From the IMG/VR virus record IMGVR_UViG_3300048583_000155, positions 6,415 through 70,414 of that record: a stretch of DNA of 64,000 nucleotides; one strand, given 5' to 3'. The DNA comes from a virus. Both the position numbers and the translations under genes were made by a program. Shown in pieces: positions 1 to 9,901 of this stretch (positions are counted from its first letter, which is position 1; every line of letters begins with the position of its first letter). The notes below the pieces were generated by a model, which saw only the letters and a program-made list of their open reading frames with translations, did no database searches and had not been told where the DNA came from.

Positions 1-82
1 GGAATTGAGGTTCTTTGATGAGTAATACACTAAAACCACCCAAGCAAATTAATCTCTCGCAAGCTAAAAATTGCTCACCCGG

Positions 83-110
83 AATCCCGTCTAATCAACG
101 GGATTTTTTA
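83..110 (+). terminator. Rho-independent terminator-like hairpin
   Basis: AATCCCGT / ACGGGATT stem followed by a T run on +; lies at the end of the minus-strand lysis cassette. Confidence 0.55.
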
Positions 111-593
111 TTTCAACAATTTGAAAGCTACGATTCCGACAATAGCCAATCCAAGCAAAATCAAAGTGTTTCTGACATACTTCCAAATCTGTTTCAGTAT
201 ATTTTCTCTTTGCTCTACCACGATTCTTTCAACTTCAAATCGGTAAGTGTCTTTTTCCTGCAATAGAAATTTAATCATTTCTTCCTGTTTACCGCAGTAA
301 GCCGTCAGGTTTCCAAGTTCGTCAATAAGTATCCCGACTCTGGCTTTTGTTTCAGGGTCTTCTTTTATAAGAGTTCTCTGAATCGTTTCCCGACTTACTC
401 CTGACTTCAATAGCTTCTGAAGGCTGTCTATGTTAATTGAATTGGATTGTGCCTCAAACGCGGGAATAAGCACGTCTTTTTCGACTTCCCTGATTACAAC
501 CGAGTCTCTTACGGTTTTACTCTCGGTGATTACTTTTTGGCTATTGCAAGAAGCGAATAGCAATAATGCGATAATGATTATCCGGTTATCCAT
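108..593 (-). CDS. Probable unimolecular spanin (lipoprotein with C-terminal TM helix)
   Basis: Signal peptide with lipobox LFASC, C-terminal hydrophobic TLILLGLAIVGIVAF + KLLK, directly downstream of endolysin. Confidence 0.7.
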   Translation of the reverse strand: MDNRIIIIALLLFASCNSQKVITESKTVRDSVVIREVEKDVLIPAFEAQSNSINIDSLQKLLKSGVSRETIQRTLIKEDPETKARVGILIDELGNLTAYCGKQEEMIKFLLQEKDTYRFEVERIVVEQRENILKQIWKYVRNTLILLGLAIVGIVAFKLLK

Positions 594-1183
594 TGATAGT
601 ATTTTTTGGTTAATTCTTCACGTTCTTTTAATCCGTTCAATCCTCCGTTTACAGCCTGACTTACTCTTTGGATTGACGTATTGTCGATTCCTATGCAATG
701 TCTCCAAACATTATTCTTGTCGAAGTAGAATTTAGCACTCTCTAGCGCGTATTGATCTTCCGCTAAGTCAGGATTGGTCACTATTTCGGGATTACTAATA
801 TACTGACTGAAAGCTATGTAATTTGATTTTCCTGTTAATTGGATTGCTCCACGACCTCTGTATTTCCATCCGTCGTTTGGGTCGGTATTTCCCATCCGGT
901 TCCCGTAAACAATATTAGCGATTTCCTGCGGTTTTTTCTGAAATTTCTCAGCAGATTCTTCATCGAAATACTTACCAAATACACGTAACAAGGCTTCTTT
1001 TGAGTAGTTTAGATTTTCTTCAAACATCCTCCAATGACCTGTCTCATGGCCGCATTGGGCTAAAAAATGTGCTGCATGGATTGGACCCAATCCGAAATGT
1101 TTTTGGATTGCTTTTGCGGTATTTACCCCGAATATTCCGTCAGGATTTAAACCGACTTTACTTTGGATCGTTTTTAGGCTCAT
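578..1183 (-). CDS. Endolysin, glycoside hydrolase family 19, with short N-terminal peptidoglycan-binding segment
   Basis: AHFLAQCGHET, EENLNYS, DGWKYRGRGAIQLTGKSNY, VNGGLNGL motifs; N-terminal IQSKVGLNPDGIFG. Confidence 0.92.
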   Translation of the reverse strand: MSLKTIQSKVGLNPDGIFGVNTAKAIQKHFGLGPIHAAHFLAQCGHETGHWRMFEENLNYSKEALLRVFGKYFDEESAEKFQKKPQEIANIVYGNRMGNTDPNDGWKYRGRGAIQLTGKSNYIAFSQYISNPEIVTNPDLAEDQYALESAKFYFDKNNVWRHCIGIDNTSIQRVSQAVNGGLNGLKEREELTKKYYQWITG

Positions 1184-1352
1184 AAAATCTAGGTTTTGAA
1201 GGCTTGTTATTGGATTTGCGTATTAACATTTCACCCAACGCTTTATAATATTCTGAATCTAAATGAATTGGATCATAAATACTCCTAAAAGCAGTTTTTG
1301 AATTTTTTAATTTAGCTTTTATTTTCATCATTTTTCTTTTCTTTAGTCTCAC
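1158..1352 (-). CDS. Small basic hypothetical protein in lysis cassette (start uncertain)
   Basis: Fills the gap between holin and endolysin, overlapping both. Confidence 0.4.
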   Translation of the reverse strand: MRLKKRKMMKIKAKLKNSKTAFRSIYDPIHLDSEYYKALGEMLIRKSNNKPSKPRFYEPKNDPK

Positions 1353-1959
1353 AGATATCCGAATCAGCTATTTTCTTTATGAATTTATCCTCCACAACAT
1401 CTATAATCTTCCCGGCTAAGATAAATATGTATGGTTTCTTACCAAACGTGATTTCGATATTCTCTCCGATGCTGATAAATTCCCTGAATACAAGGATTAT
1501 AAAAATGAAATTACGGATAAAAGCGTTAATTAGCAACCCGTTTTCGTATGCCCAACCCGATTGATCGTCAAGCAGTTTGTTTACTTCAGCAAGCATCCAA
1601 AAAAAGAATACCGCCGAGAAGAATTTGTAAATCGTGTATGAGAATCCTTTGCTTGTACGTTTTTCACCTCTTGTTTTGGCAGCCATTACGCCCGTCAAAA
1701 AATCAGTGGTCATGAGTATTACCAAAAGAAAAATAAATGTGATCGAAATACCTAGAAAACTGCTGTTTACAGCCATTTCTACCATCAAAGAAATCGGAAA
1801 CCCGAGAATCATCAATGCGCCATGCTTATACGCAAAAGCGTTGTAAACCCATACAGATGAATACTTTAAAGATTCATAAATTCCATGTCCGAAACCGTAA
1901 ACAAATAAGCAGATATTAATTATTGCTTTGATGAATTTTGTGGTGAATGAGTTTAACAT
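1312..1959 (-). CDS. Holin (phage holin family 4-like)
   Basis: Several TM helices, LMTTDFLTGVMAA and REFISIGENI motifs, charged C-tail, upstream of endolysin. Confidence 0.75.
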   Translation of the reverse strand: MLNSFTTKFIKAIINICLFVYGFGHGIYESLKYSSVWVYNAFAYKHGALMILGFPISLMVEMAVNSSFLGISITFIFLLVILMTTDFLTGVMAAKTRGEKRTSKGFSYTIYKFFSAVFFFWMLAEVNKLLDDQSGWAYENGLLINAFIRNFIFIILVFREFISIGENIEITFGKKPYIFILAGKIIDVVEDKFIKKIADSDICETKEKKNDENKS

Positions 1960-2284
1960 ACCTGATAAATCCGAATATTAGCCCTGTTGTTATGATAATC
2001 CAAGCATACGTGTGATAGTAGTCTAAAGATATAAAATAATATGTTAGGTTAAAAATATTCATTGCACCCAATGAGATTATACAGACCTTGGAATACAAGC
2101 AAAATCTGTGAACAAAAGCATAAAAAAGCATATAAACAGTAGTTAGAATAGTACTTCCTGAAATTTGGCTTATCAAAAAATAATATTCAGAATACCACTC
2201 TGATTCATGATAAAAAAGGCAAATCCCGTTCACCAACAAAATGATAAACGGGATATCCCTTACAAGCACACTAAACTTTCTCAT
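1916..2284 (-). CDS. Four-TM membrane protein, unknown function
   Basis: About four hydrophobic segments; ATGA overlap with upstream peptide ORF; overlaps holin start. Confidence 0.75.
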   Translation of the reverse strand: MRKFSVLVRDIPFIILLVNGICLFYHESEWYSEYYFLISQISGSTILTTVYMLFYAFVHRFCLYSKVCIISLGAMNIFNLTYYFISLDYYHTYAWIIITTGLIFGFIRYVKLIHHKIHQSNN

Positions 2285-2379
2285 TTCTTAGGTTTTGGAA
2301 GTCCTCCGCCACCTCCGACGGGAGGAGGTGTTTCAGTGGTAGTGGTACTCACTTTCGGTTTTGTCTTTGGCTTTTTCAT
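2281..2379 (-). CDS. 32-aa peptide MKKPKTKPKVSTTTTETPPPVGGGGGLPKPKK (not in ORF track)
   Basis: Translated by hand; A-rich start context AAAAAATCATG; TGA stop overlaps ATG of next gene (ATGA). Confidence 0.7.
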   Translation of the reverse strand: MKKPKTKPKVSTTTTETPPPVGGGGGLPKPKK

Positions 2380-2441
2380 GATTTTTTCTTCTAATATAAT
2401 TATTTTTGAAGTGCTTCGCGCAATTTTTCCGCTTCTGACTT

Positions 2442-5400
2442 TTATTTTTTAGGCTTCTTATTTGACAAATACATTGCTTGCTTTAAAGTGTTATTCACAT
2501 CACGATAAAAAGGGATAGCACCCAAGTTACCAACAAACTGTAAGCCGTTAAGTTTCATTCTGTTTAAATACTCCCTCTCTTTCTTCTCTGTATCTACCAT
2601 AGTGTACATTTTTGTGTTCATTAGGATATCATGTGTAGCCTTCATTAAAGGAGAATATGGCCCTGCGGTTCGTGTAGCTATATTCACCCACCAATTATCG
2701 GAGAACGTTGGTTCTCTTGTTGGAATAATCGGAAAAGTCACCCCGTCTTTATAATTGTTATAAGTTCCTGTGTATGTGATATCTTCCCCGTATTTCATGT
2801 TCAAAAATTCAACCCCTAAATCAGTCGGAATTTTGGCCCAACTTCCTAGGTTTCTCTGAATTGCCAATGTAACCAAGATACTTACTAATGAATTTCCGAT
2901 ACTTGTTGATAAATCAATCTTCTTTTCTTCATCGTCATCTTCTAACCCAAACATGGACAATACTGCTGAATAGACTAATGGAGGTATGGTTTTGATAAGA
3001 AAACTATACACAGCCAATCTAGCCGACTGAGCTAACAATAATTTAGCGCCTTGTCCTCTAGTGAGTTTACCATTTCCGATAAGCGCATTTACAGCCGTCA
3101 AAGCCGTGACGTATTCGCCTACAGTAAACTTGTTCATGAATCCGGTAAACGTCTTATAGTAGGTGTCCCAAGTTGATTTGGAAGCATTCCTTTGGTTTCT
3201 AGGTATTCCCAAGAACTCATTTGATGAAGAAAACGATTCCTGAATCTGTTCGTCAGCCTCAAAACCTGCTTTTTCAAGGTTATTGAAATTTTCTTCCATA
3301 TAATCTTGGTCAGCGTCGGCTATTTTCTGAAAGTCAATATCTTTTCCCGACAGCCTCTTAAATTCGGTTGCAAGCACTCCGAAATAAATAGACTGAGATA
3401 CAATTTGGTCGGGAGAAGAAAGCGTAACGTCAGCAAGTTTATCCATTACTTGATAAACGTCCTTTAATTTTGAAATTTTGGTTTTTTCAAGTATTTCTGA
3501 AAGGTAGCTTTGATCTCCACGAAGCGGCGAGTATCCCGTGTTTCCTTTAGCGTCTCCAAACCTACTCGCAACGCCGGAAACATCAAACATACGGGTAAGT
3601 TCTACCGACTTCATATTTTTAGCCACAGAAGCGAGTAAATCTTTATTTTTCATGTGTTTAAGCATGATATTCATACCCAAAACAGACTCTTCCCATTTAT
3701 TAAGTCCTGCGTAAGTCACGTTTGACGCAAAATCAACGATTGGTCTTGTTATACCGCCTAGCAATCCTTGATAAGCCTTCTTCTCTATAAATGCAGATAA
3801 TGAAGATGATTGATTTGCAAACGAATTGCCCAACACGTTTTCCATTACGTTGTTGTAAATATTCGTAATCGCGCCGACGGTCTGTTTTTCAGAGTCATTG
3901 GTAGCCATTTTTGCTAAATGCTTAATGGTATGATTCACTTCTCGTACCGTAGAACTCATGTGGTAGTCAAGTAAAGTCTCTCTTGTGGACCATAAAAGAT
4001 TTTCAACCGAGTCAAATGTGATCGGGTGAGCCTGTTTTGTTTTGGCAATAAATGAACCTCCTTTTGTTGATGGGGAAGAATATCTGTTAATCAGGTCAAG
4101 CGCTTCTTTTTGAGCCTTGGATGAACCTTGCTTGTACTTTGATGGTGTAGGGAAATATTCGGGAGTTACCAGAACCCTGTTTCCGCGAACATTTGTTGTT
4201 CCCCAATCTACTTTTGGGCCAAGTTCGTTTCTGAAAGTATCAGTCATGTAATCAATCAGCGCGCGTCCTTCATTCGAAAGATTTGCGGTTGCTTTTTTTA
4301 CATCCAGTTCACCGTCAGTAGAATTGGCATCGAATATCTTTTTGAGTCCGTTCAGTGCATCTTGGTCATAAACACTCTCTGTCACACCTGCTTCAATAGT
4401 GGCTTCGAGATAGTCTTTGGCGCTTGGTTGGGAATTGTCGGCTTCATGTTGTCTTTGAAGTTTAATCATCGTAATCAAAGATGACTGCCTCCATTGATCG
4501 CTTGCCGAGATTTTGTCAAGAAGTCTTGTTGCTGCCCGTTCAATGCTGTTGAATTCAATATTTCTTTGCTCAATAGCCTGCCCGAGTTTCCAAAAGATTC
4601 CTTTTACAAGCTGTGAATCCTCGAAGTTACCCAACATTTTATCCATAGCGTAAAGCCCGGACCGTCTGATCTTTTCCTGAATTGTGGAGGTTTTTTTAAA
4701 TTTAGCTTTAATGGCGCTTATCCATTCAATCCAACTTCCCTTATACTTTGGAATAATCCAAAAAGAGTCCTTGGCCGACCTTGTGCCGTTGATTTCCTCG
4801 GTAAGTTTTACATGAAGATGCCCGATTATTCCGTTGGTCATATTCTGCATCAATCCGGCAACCTGTTTTACTTTTTTGAGCGAAAGTGATTGTAAATCTC
4901 CTTCGGTAATAGAATTGAAAGTTCGTACTACTTTGTTTTCATCTGCCGAAAATTGCGATCCGCTTTTTGGAAGAAACTGTTTTAAATCCATTGCATCAGC
5001 AATAGCGTCTTGTTTCATTTCTTCAATCTCAGCTTCGGTCAATCCTTCGTACTCGGTAGCGGTATTCAGTATCTCGGAACGCCTGTCTTTCATTAATTGG
5101 GCATCCTCGGACGTAATCATTCCATCCTGTAAAAGTTTCTCTACAGTCTTGGAATAACTCTCTCTAGTTGCGGGTTTTCCGTTTTCGTCTTTGTATTTTA
5201 CAATTACTTTCGGGGTATTTGCATATAATTCTGAAAGCTCAGAGACTTTTGTAGCGTCAGCCTCCACTTCTATCATTAAATCAGTAGCGTCCTGAATCAA
5301 AGCTGTTTTGGCTTTTGTTGACAATACGGTTTTTCTTTCCCCTATCTGCTTCAATAGAGAAATGTATTTCTCATACACCCTGACAGGAATTATCCTTGGA

Positions 5401-6740
5401 TTTACGCGCAAAAGTTGGTCAAGACTGCCGTTATGGTCAAGCAATCCGATTTTACCCTCTTTGATGTTGGTTTTAGCCTGAGCGACAAGACCTTTTGCAA
5501 TCTTAACCCTGTTTCTGCTTGCTGCCTTTCCAAGAATATCAAATATTTTGTCAATGGCGGTGTTTACAGTGTATTCGGTTTTGGCGTTTTTGATCTGAGA
5601 AAGGATTTTGTTTATCTCGGTTTTGGTGAACTCGTTTACCGGAAGGTCTTTTATGTCCATTTGGATAAATGAAATCATATTATCCTTTAGGTTCCTGAAC
5701 GCTTCTTTTTCTGCTTTTGCCTTATCCTTCAGTCCTTTGATTGCTTTCGACGCCTCTGTTTTGAGAGAATTTAGTTTCTTTTTGGCTTCCCGGCTTTTGG
5801 CTTCGATTATTTCTTCCAATCCCTGCTTAACCTGCTCATCCTTGGTCATGGATTTGTTTTCAGACATCACATTCTTTTTAGGAATGGATTTTCTTACTTC
5901 CTTGCCGATTTCTTTCAGGTATTCAGTATTGGCTTTTCCGAGTGGTTTTCCAAGGTTTGTCTCAATCTGTTTGATGGCCTCGGAAATCTGTAATCCTTTC
6001 AACTGGACATAATTACTCACCAAATCCACCAAGGTCTCATAGAATTTGATATCAGCTTCAGCTTTTGCCCGAAAATCGAACATGATTCCTGACTTATCTT
6101 CCTTTAGCTGTGATTTAATGCTTGCAATCAGTTCTTTTTGCCTCTTCTTTTTGGCTTCAATTGGAGTCGCGTCTTTAATACTTGAAGCCCGATATTTTGT
6201 GCCATCGTCAGTTATGATAAATTCACCCTGTTTTGTACCGGTAATCTGTTCTCCGAATACTGAGAATATTACTTTTTCTCCTTTAACTCCTTTATTTCCT
6301 TCTCCTGTTTTTCCACTGTCTGTTTCAGTATCTGAAGGTCGTTGAACATCTGTCTCAACAATAGTTTTTGATGCGGGTTTAGTATCGTTTGTTGGTTCAT
6401 TCACTAAAGTTTCTTCTTGAATTTCTGTGACAGGACTTATTTTTTCGGCTTTGGCTTCGGTTTTTGGCAACCGCACTTCTTTGGTTTCATTTTTCTTTGG
6501 CTCTAAGATTGTTTCTTTTTTAACTTTAACCGATTCGATTATAGGCTTCGGGTCAAACTTTGTCTTTTTGTAAGACTTGCCCAAGACTTCTCTTTTCAGA
6601 GATTCCATTTCTGAATGTATAGCTTGAAATTCAGTCAACGCAAGTTCCAAAGCAGCCGTTCTGTCCTGTTTTTCTGACTTACTGAACTTTTCCGCTAAAT
6701 GTGGTGCGTGTAACCTGATACAATCAATGGGGTTTTTCAT
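2442..6740 (-). CDS. Large (1432 aa) probable internal virion / ejection protein
   Basis: Size, helical Lys/Glu-rich N-half, hydrophobic C-terminal helices, position at end of podovirus-like morphogenesis operon. Confidence 0.6.
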   Translation of the reverse strand: MKNPIDCIRLHAPHLAEKFSKSEKQDRTAALELALTEFQAIHSEMESLKREVLGKSYKKTKFDPKPIIESVKVKKETILEPKKNETKEVRLPKTEAKAEKISPVTEIQEETLVNEPTNDTKPASKTIVETDVQRPSDTETDSGKTGEGNKGVKGEKVIFSVFGEQITGTKQGEFIITDDGTKYRASSIKDATPIEAKKKRQKELIASIKSQLKEDKSGIMFDFRAKAEADIKFYETLVDLVSNYVQLKGLQISEAIKQIETNLGKPLGKANTEYLKEIGKEVRKSIPKKNVMSENKSMTKDEQVKQGLEEIIEAKSREAKKKLNSLKTEASKAIKGLKDKAKAEKEAFRNLKDNMISFIQMDIKDLPVNEFTKTEINKILSQIKNAKTEYTVNTAIDKIFDILGKAASRNRVKIAKGLVAQAKTNIKEGKIGLLDHNGSLDQLLRVNPRIIPVRVYEKYISLLKQIGERKTVLSTKAKTALIQDATDLMIEVEADATKVSELSELYANTPKVIVKYKDENGKPATRESYSKTVEKLLQDGMITSEDAQLMKDRRSEILNTATEYEGLTEAEIEEMKQDAIADAMDLKQFLPKSGSQFSADENKVVRTFNSITEGDLQSLSLKKVKQVAGLMQNMTNGIIGHLHVKLTEEINGTRSAKDSFWIIPKYKGSWIEWISAIKAKFKKTSTIQEKIRRSGLYAMDKMLGNFEDSQLVKGIFWKLGQAIEQRNIEFNSIERAATRLLDKISASDQWRQSSLITMIKLQRQHEADNSQPSAKDYLEATIEAGVTESVYDQDALNGLKKIFDANSTDGELDVKKATANLSNEGRALIDYMTDTFRNELGPKVDWGTTNVRGNRVLVTPEYFPTPSKYKQGSSKAQKEALDLINRYSSPSTKGGSFIAKTKQAHPITFDSVENLLWSTRETLLDYHMSSTVREVNHTIKHLAKMATNDSEKQTVGAITNIYNNVMENVLGNSFANQSSSLSAFIEKKAYQGLLGGITRPIVDFASNVTYAGLNKWEESVLGMNIMLKHMKNKDLLASVAKNMKSVELTRMFDVSGVASRFGDAKGNTGYSPLRGDQSYLSEILEKTKISKLKDVYQVMDKLADVTLSSPDQIVSQSIYFGVLATEFKRLSGKDIDFQKIADADQDYMEENFNNLEKAGFEADEQIQESFSSSNEFLGIPRNQRNASKSTWDTYYKTFTGFMNKFTVGEYVTALTAVNALIGNGKLTRGQGAKLLLAQSARLAVYSFLIKTIPPLVYSAVLSMFGLEDDDEEKKIDLSTSIGNSLVSILVTLAIQRNLGSWAKIPTDLGVEFLNMKYGEDITYTGTYNNYKDGVTFPIIPTREPTFSDNWWVNIATRTAGPYSPLMKATHDILMNTKMYTMVDTEKKEREYLNRMKLNGLQFVGNLGAIPFYRDVNNTLKQAMYLSNKKPKK

Positions 6741-6741
6741 C

Positions 6742-6975
6742 TTAGAATAATTCTTTTGCCCAAAATTTAAGGATTTCTGTCAAGATTAACTCATTATCGC
6801 TACGTGTTTTTTTAATCTCAGGCTTTTGGTTATAAGTTCTGCCTGTTCCGTAGTCCTGAGTAGGTATTAAAATAGTCGTAGGATAAAACAGATGTCCCGA
6901 CGTTGCCATAGTCAGAGACGGTTTTGATCCTCTTTTTAAAAGTCCATCAGTAGCGAGTGTGATGGGTTTTATCAT
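6742..6975 (-). CDS. Hypothetical protein
   Basis: 77 aa, tightly packed between neighbours (ATGA overlap); internal repeat ITLATDG / LTMATSG. Confidence 0.65.
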   Translation of the reverse strand: MIKPITLATDGLLKRGSKPSLTMATSGHLFYPTTILIPTQDYGTGRTYNQKPEIKKTRSDNELILTEILKFWAKELF

Positions 6976-7844
6976 TGCCTAGTAGCGGTAGTTGATGCTT
7001 CTCCGTCGCCCGTGTATTGTATTTCTACCGAACCTGATACTCTTGAAGTAGGGGTTACGGTCATTGGATTAGCTATGTCAAGTCCCTGTATCTTGTGAAG
7101 TTCATCCACCAATATCCTGATCTGTTCCAATAAATTCCCTGCCTGCGTGCCGGTATAAGCAGCAGGAAGATTTGTACTCCAAGGATCGCCCGCCGAACCT
7201 GCACTCAATAGTTTTGCTGCGGCACTGTCAGGATTGGAAGCAAACTGAGAAATCAAAGATTCCCAAACGGCCTGACCGACATTTGCAGTACTTAGTCCTG
7301 TGCCTGTCACCACAATATCAATGGACATATCACCGAATGCAGCAATAGTAGCATCCAAACTTCCCGTCCCTTCAAGATCAATAAGCATGTTTGCAATCCC
7401 GAAAAGATTGGCTTCAAGGTCGCCAGATCCTTCAAAATCAATAGACATATCAAGCAACCCTACAATGTTTGCGGTCAAATCCCCACTGCCCGACATTGCG
7501 CAAATCATGGAGATAACAAGCGCTGCATCTGCTGAAAAGTCGCCCTGACCTGTGAAGTCAATCGAACCAGATATGGTAGGGATAAGATTTGAGGTCATTT
7601 GCCCGGAACTGAATGACCTTATTGACATTCCCCCTCCCGTTCTTGGAAGCATCCATCCATAAGGATGAAGGTTTCCGTTCGGAAAAGCCGTCTGTCTCTC
7701 GAAATGAAAACTTGCATTATGGATTTTGCCCGGCAAATATCCGTTCCTGAATGCGTGTCCTCCGTTCTGAATAGACAACAAAGCGCCGTTCCCCCATTTG
7801 AAAGGGGAAAAGGCGTTTCTGTGTCCATTAGATATCAACCCCAT
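6972..7844 (-). CDS. Probable virion fibre/needle-like protein with Gly-Ser-Gly repeats
   Basis: Start reassigned to MGLISNG, overlapping upstream stop; ~19-residue repeats (IDFTGQGDF, IDFEGSGDL, IDLEGTGSL). Confidence 0.6.
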   Translation of the reverse strand: MGLISNGHRNAFSPFKWGNGALLSIQNGGHAFRNGYLPGKIHNASFHFERQTAFPNGNLHPYGWMLPRTGGGMSIRSFSSGQMTSNLIPTISGSIDFTGQGDFSADAALVISMICAMSGSGDLTANIVGLLDMSIDFEGSGDLEANLFGIANMLIDLEGTGSLDATIAAFGDMSIDIVVTGTGLSTANVGQAVWESLISQFASNPDSAAAKLLSAGSAGDPWSTNLPAAYTGTQAGNLLEQIRILVDELHKIQGLDIANPMTVTPTSRVSGSVEIQYTGDGEASTTATRQ

Positions 7845-8740
7845 CCGTGTGCAGATTCTACAAGTAAAGGTGCGTTGGCTGTTGTTGCACCTGTATTCAT
7901 CAATAACCATTGGATACATGCCCCGTCCCGAAGTCTAGCCATATTCGGAAGCATGTTCATAAATTCTGCGACATTGTGAATCCCTGAAGCGGGCAAAGGA
8001 ATACCCCAAAGAGGCTTGACAAGGTGTAAAACCAATTGTCCTGAACCTGTGTAAGCTGTACCGCCTGTAAGGGTAAAGTTTGTAAGGTCGTTGATACCTG
8101 TTGAACCTGCTCTCATAGGAATAAAAGGAGCATATCTTGTGGCCGCTGCTCCTGAGTGTGGAACAGCGCCTATCACCGGGGTTGCTGCAAATCCCACAGT
8201 AACAGGGCATGTTGATGCACCTAGAACAGGATCGTTGTATCCGAATACCGTTAAGTTTGGACCGCCCGCCGTTGGTGCTACTTCTGTGGAGAAATAAGCC
8301 CTAAGCCCTACACCGTTTGGATATCTGTCAACCTTGGCTGCTGTTGCTGCAATAGGTGTCATAGTGATAGTTCTTGAACCCGTTCCTGTAACGTCTGCGC
8401 CTGTGATCGGAACATAGCCCACCTGATCGACTGCCATCAAAAACCAAGGTGCACCTGCTGCGGCCACAATGTTTGCGCCTGCATAGAGGTAATGTTTTGT
8501 GTCGGGTGATACGTCTCCGCCATGTTGCCAAGCTCCGTCCGCCCAAGTATCATCCGTTGGGACAAATGTCAATGAAGTACCCGGATAAGCACTTGCAGGC
8601 TCACTCCCTGCGAAAACCCCCAAGTTTGTCCAAAATCCCGCTACCTGTGCGGTGGATATGGTCTTGAATCTGACATCGTACTGAAATTTTCCGTTATTTG
8701 TAACCTCGTTTATGAGGTCGTCTTGACTTGTGAATCCCAT
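7835..8740 (-). CDS. Putative structural protein, paralog of 8751-9650
   Basis: Gly/Ala/Thr-rich, beta-type composition; shares motifs with neighbour. Confidence 0.65.
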   Translation of the reverse strand: MGFTSQDDLINEVTNNGKFQYDVRFKTISTAQVAGFWTNLGVFAGSEPASAYPGTSLTFVPTDDTWADGAWQHGGDVSPDTKHYLYAGANIVAAAGAPWFLMAVDQVGYVPITGADVTGTGSRTITMTPIAATAAKVDRYPNGVGLRAYFSTEVAPTAGGPNLTVFGYNDPVLGASTCPVTVGFAATPVIGAVPHSGAAATRYAPFIPMRAGSTGINDLTNFTLTGGTAYTGSGQLVLHLVKPLWGIPLPASGIHNVAEFMNMLPNMARLRDGACIQWLLMNTGATTANAPLLVESAHGWG

Positions 8741-8750
8741 ATCTTTTTAT

Positions 8751-9650
8751 TTATTCTGTCCAAACTGTTTCAATCATTCCTACCAATGGCGCTGAGGCCA
8801 AAGAACCTGCCACACCTTTTCCAATCCATCCAAGGAAAGCATCAGGCTTTATTTCGTCTGCTCCTGCCCTCATTCTTATCTGTTCAATCTCGGAAGCATC
8901 ACCAAAACTTTCCGTTGGGGATGATGTTGGCCGTCTTGATTCTTCCCTGACATAAGTCATTTGGAACGGCTTAACCAATACAAATGCCGCAAGTCCACCG
9001 TTTGCACCGACAACCGTTACACTTATGATTCTCTTTACTCCACGTACACCTGTATTCAATGGCACAAAAGGGCTTATCCCTGCTACGTTTGCAACGGAAG
9101 TAACCAATGCTCCCGAAGGCTGTGCCGCAGGGCAAAACGCAAGTTCTGTGGTTCTTTCTACCTCGTTTGTGTCGATATACTTTACAGTGAATGAACCGCC
9201 TCCGACAGTCGGAGCTTGTGCTACAACCATAATGTTTACCCCTACACCGTTTTCGTACCTGTCAAGTGAAACTGTGTTTTCAAATACCTGTTCTTCACCT
9301 GCCGCATCCAAATCCACAAAGGGATAGTAAAGCAGGTAATCAAGTAGCATTAATGACTGATTTTGGTTTGTCGTGCCTGTCACTGAAGCTGCCGCAGACA
9401 TTATCACTGACTTTTTGATGTGCCTTTTAGTCAGTTGTTCCGGGACATAGATTCCGTTGGCAGGATCAAGTTTTGCCGAAATCAAAGGAGAAGATGCATA
9501 GTAATTCGGTACAGGAATACCCGAAGCGGTAGAATAATCAAACCACTGTCCCGTTACCGTAGCGGTACTTGCAGGAACCTTACGGAAGAAACTTAGCCAA
9601 GCCCTTCCATCATCCTCGCTTTGCGCCCATGCTCTTACTGTTTTGAACAT
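8751..9650 (-). CDS. Putative structural protein, paralog of 7835-8740
   Basis: DRYENGVG vs DRYPNGVG, PFVPLNTG vs PFIPMRAG, VLVKP vs HLVKP. Confidence 0.65.
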   Translation of the reverse strand: MFKTVRAWAQSEDDGRAWLSFFRKVPASTATVTGQWFDYSTASGIPVPNYYASSPLISAKLDPANGIYVPEQLTKRHIKKSVIMSAAASVTGTTNQNQSLMLLDYLLYYPFVDLDAAGEEQVFENTVSLDRYENGVGVNIMVVAQAPTVGGGSFTVKYIDTNEVERTTELAFCPAAQPSGALVTSVANVAGISPFVPLNTGVRGVKRIISVTVVGANGGLAAFVLVKPFQMTYVREESRRPTSSPTESFGDASEIEQIRMRAGADEIKPDAFLGWIGKGVAGSLASAPLVGMIETVWTE

Positions 9651-9901
9651 TATATGCTTCGGTTGGTTAGGTAAGACAAGAACTGCCTTACAGTAAGTTT
9701 TAATTTAATTGCACCCCTTTCTAATGGATTCATGTTTTCTAAGGCTCCTTTACCCCGCAATGTGACTTTTCTGTTTGCCCATATTGTAGCATCAGTATGG
9801 TCGCATGAGAATTTTTTGATAGGTTCTTGACCTTCTTCCCTGACAATCACTTTTACAGGTTTACCACAAACGGAACATTCGTATAATGGAGGAAAACTCA
9901 T
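9650..9901 (-). CDS. Small putative metal-binding protein
   Basis: CSVC ... CDH ligands; coupled to both neighbours. Confidence 0.6.
   Translation of the reverse strand: MSFPPLYECSVCGKPVKVIVREEGQEPIKKFSCDHTDATIWANRKVTLRGKGALENMNPLERGAIKLKLTVRQFLSYLTNRSI

Noticed and set aside
2442-6740. Virion RNA polymerase as in crAss-like phages
   Set aside because: No DxDxD/DFDID catalytic motif seen in this or the other large proteins
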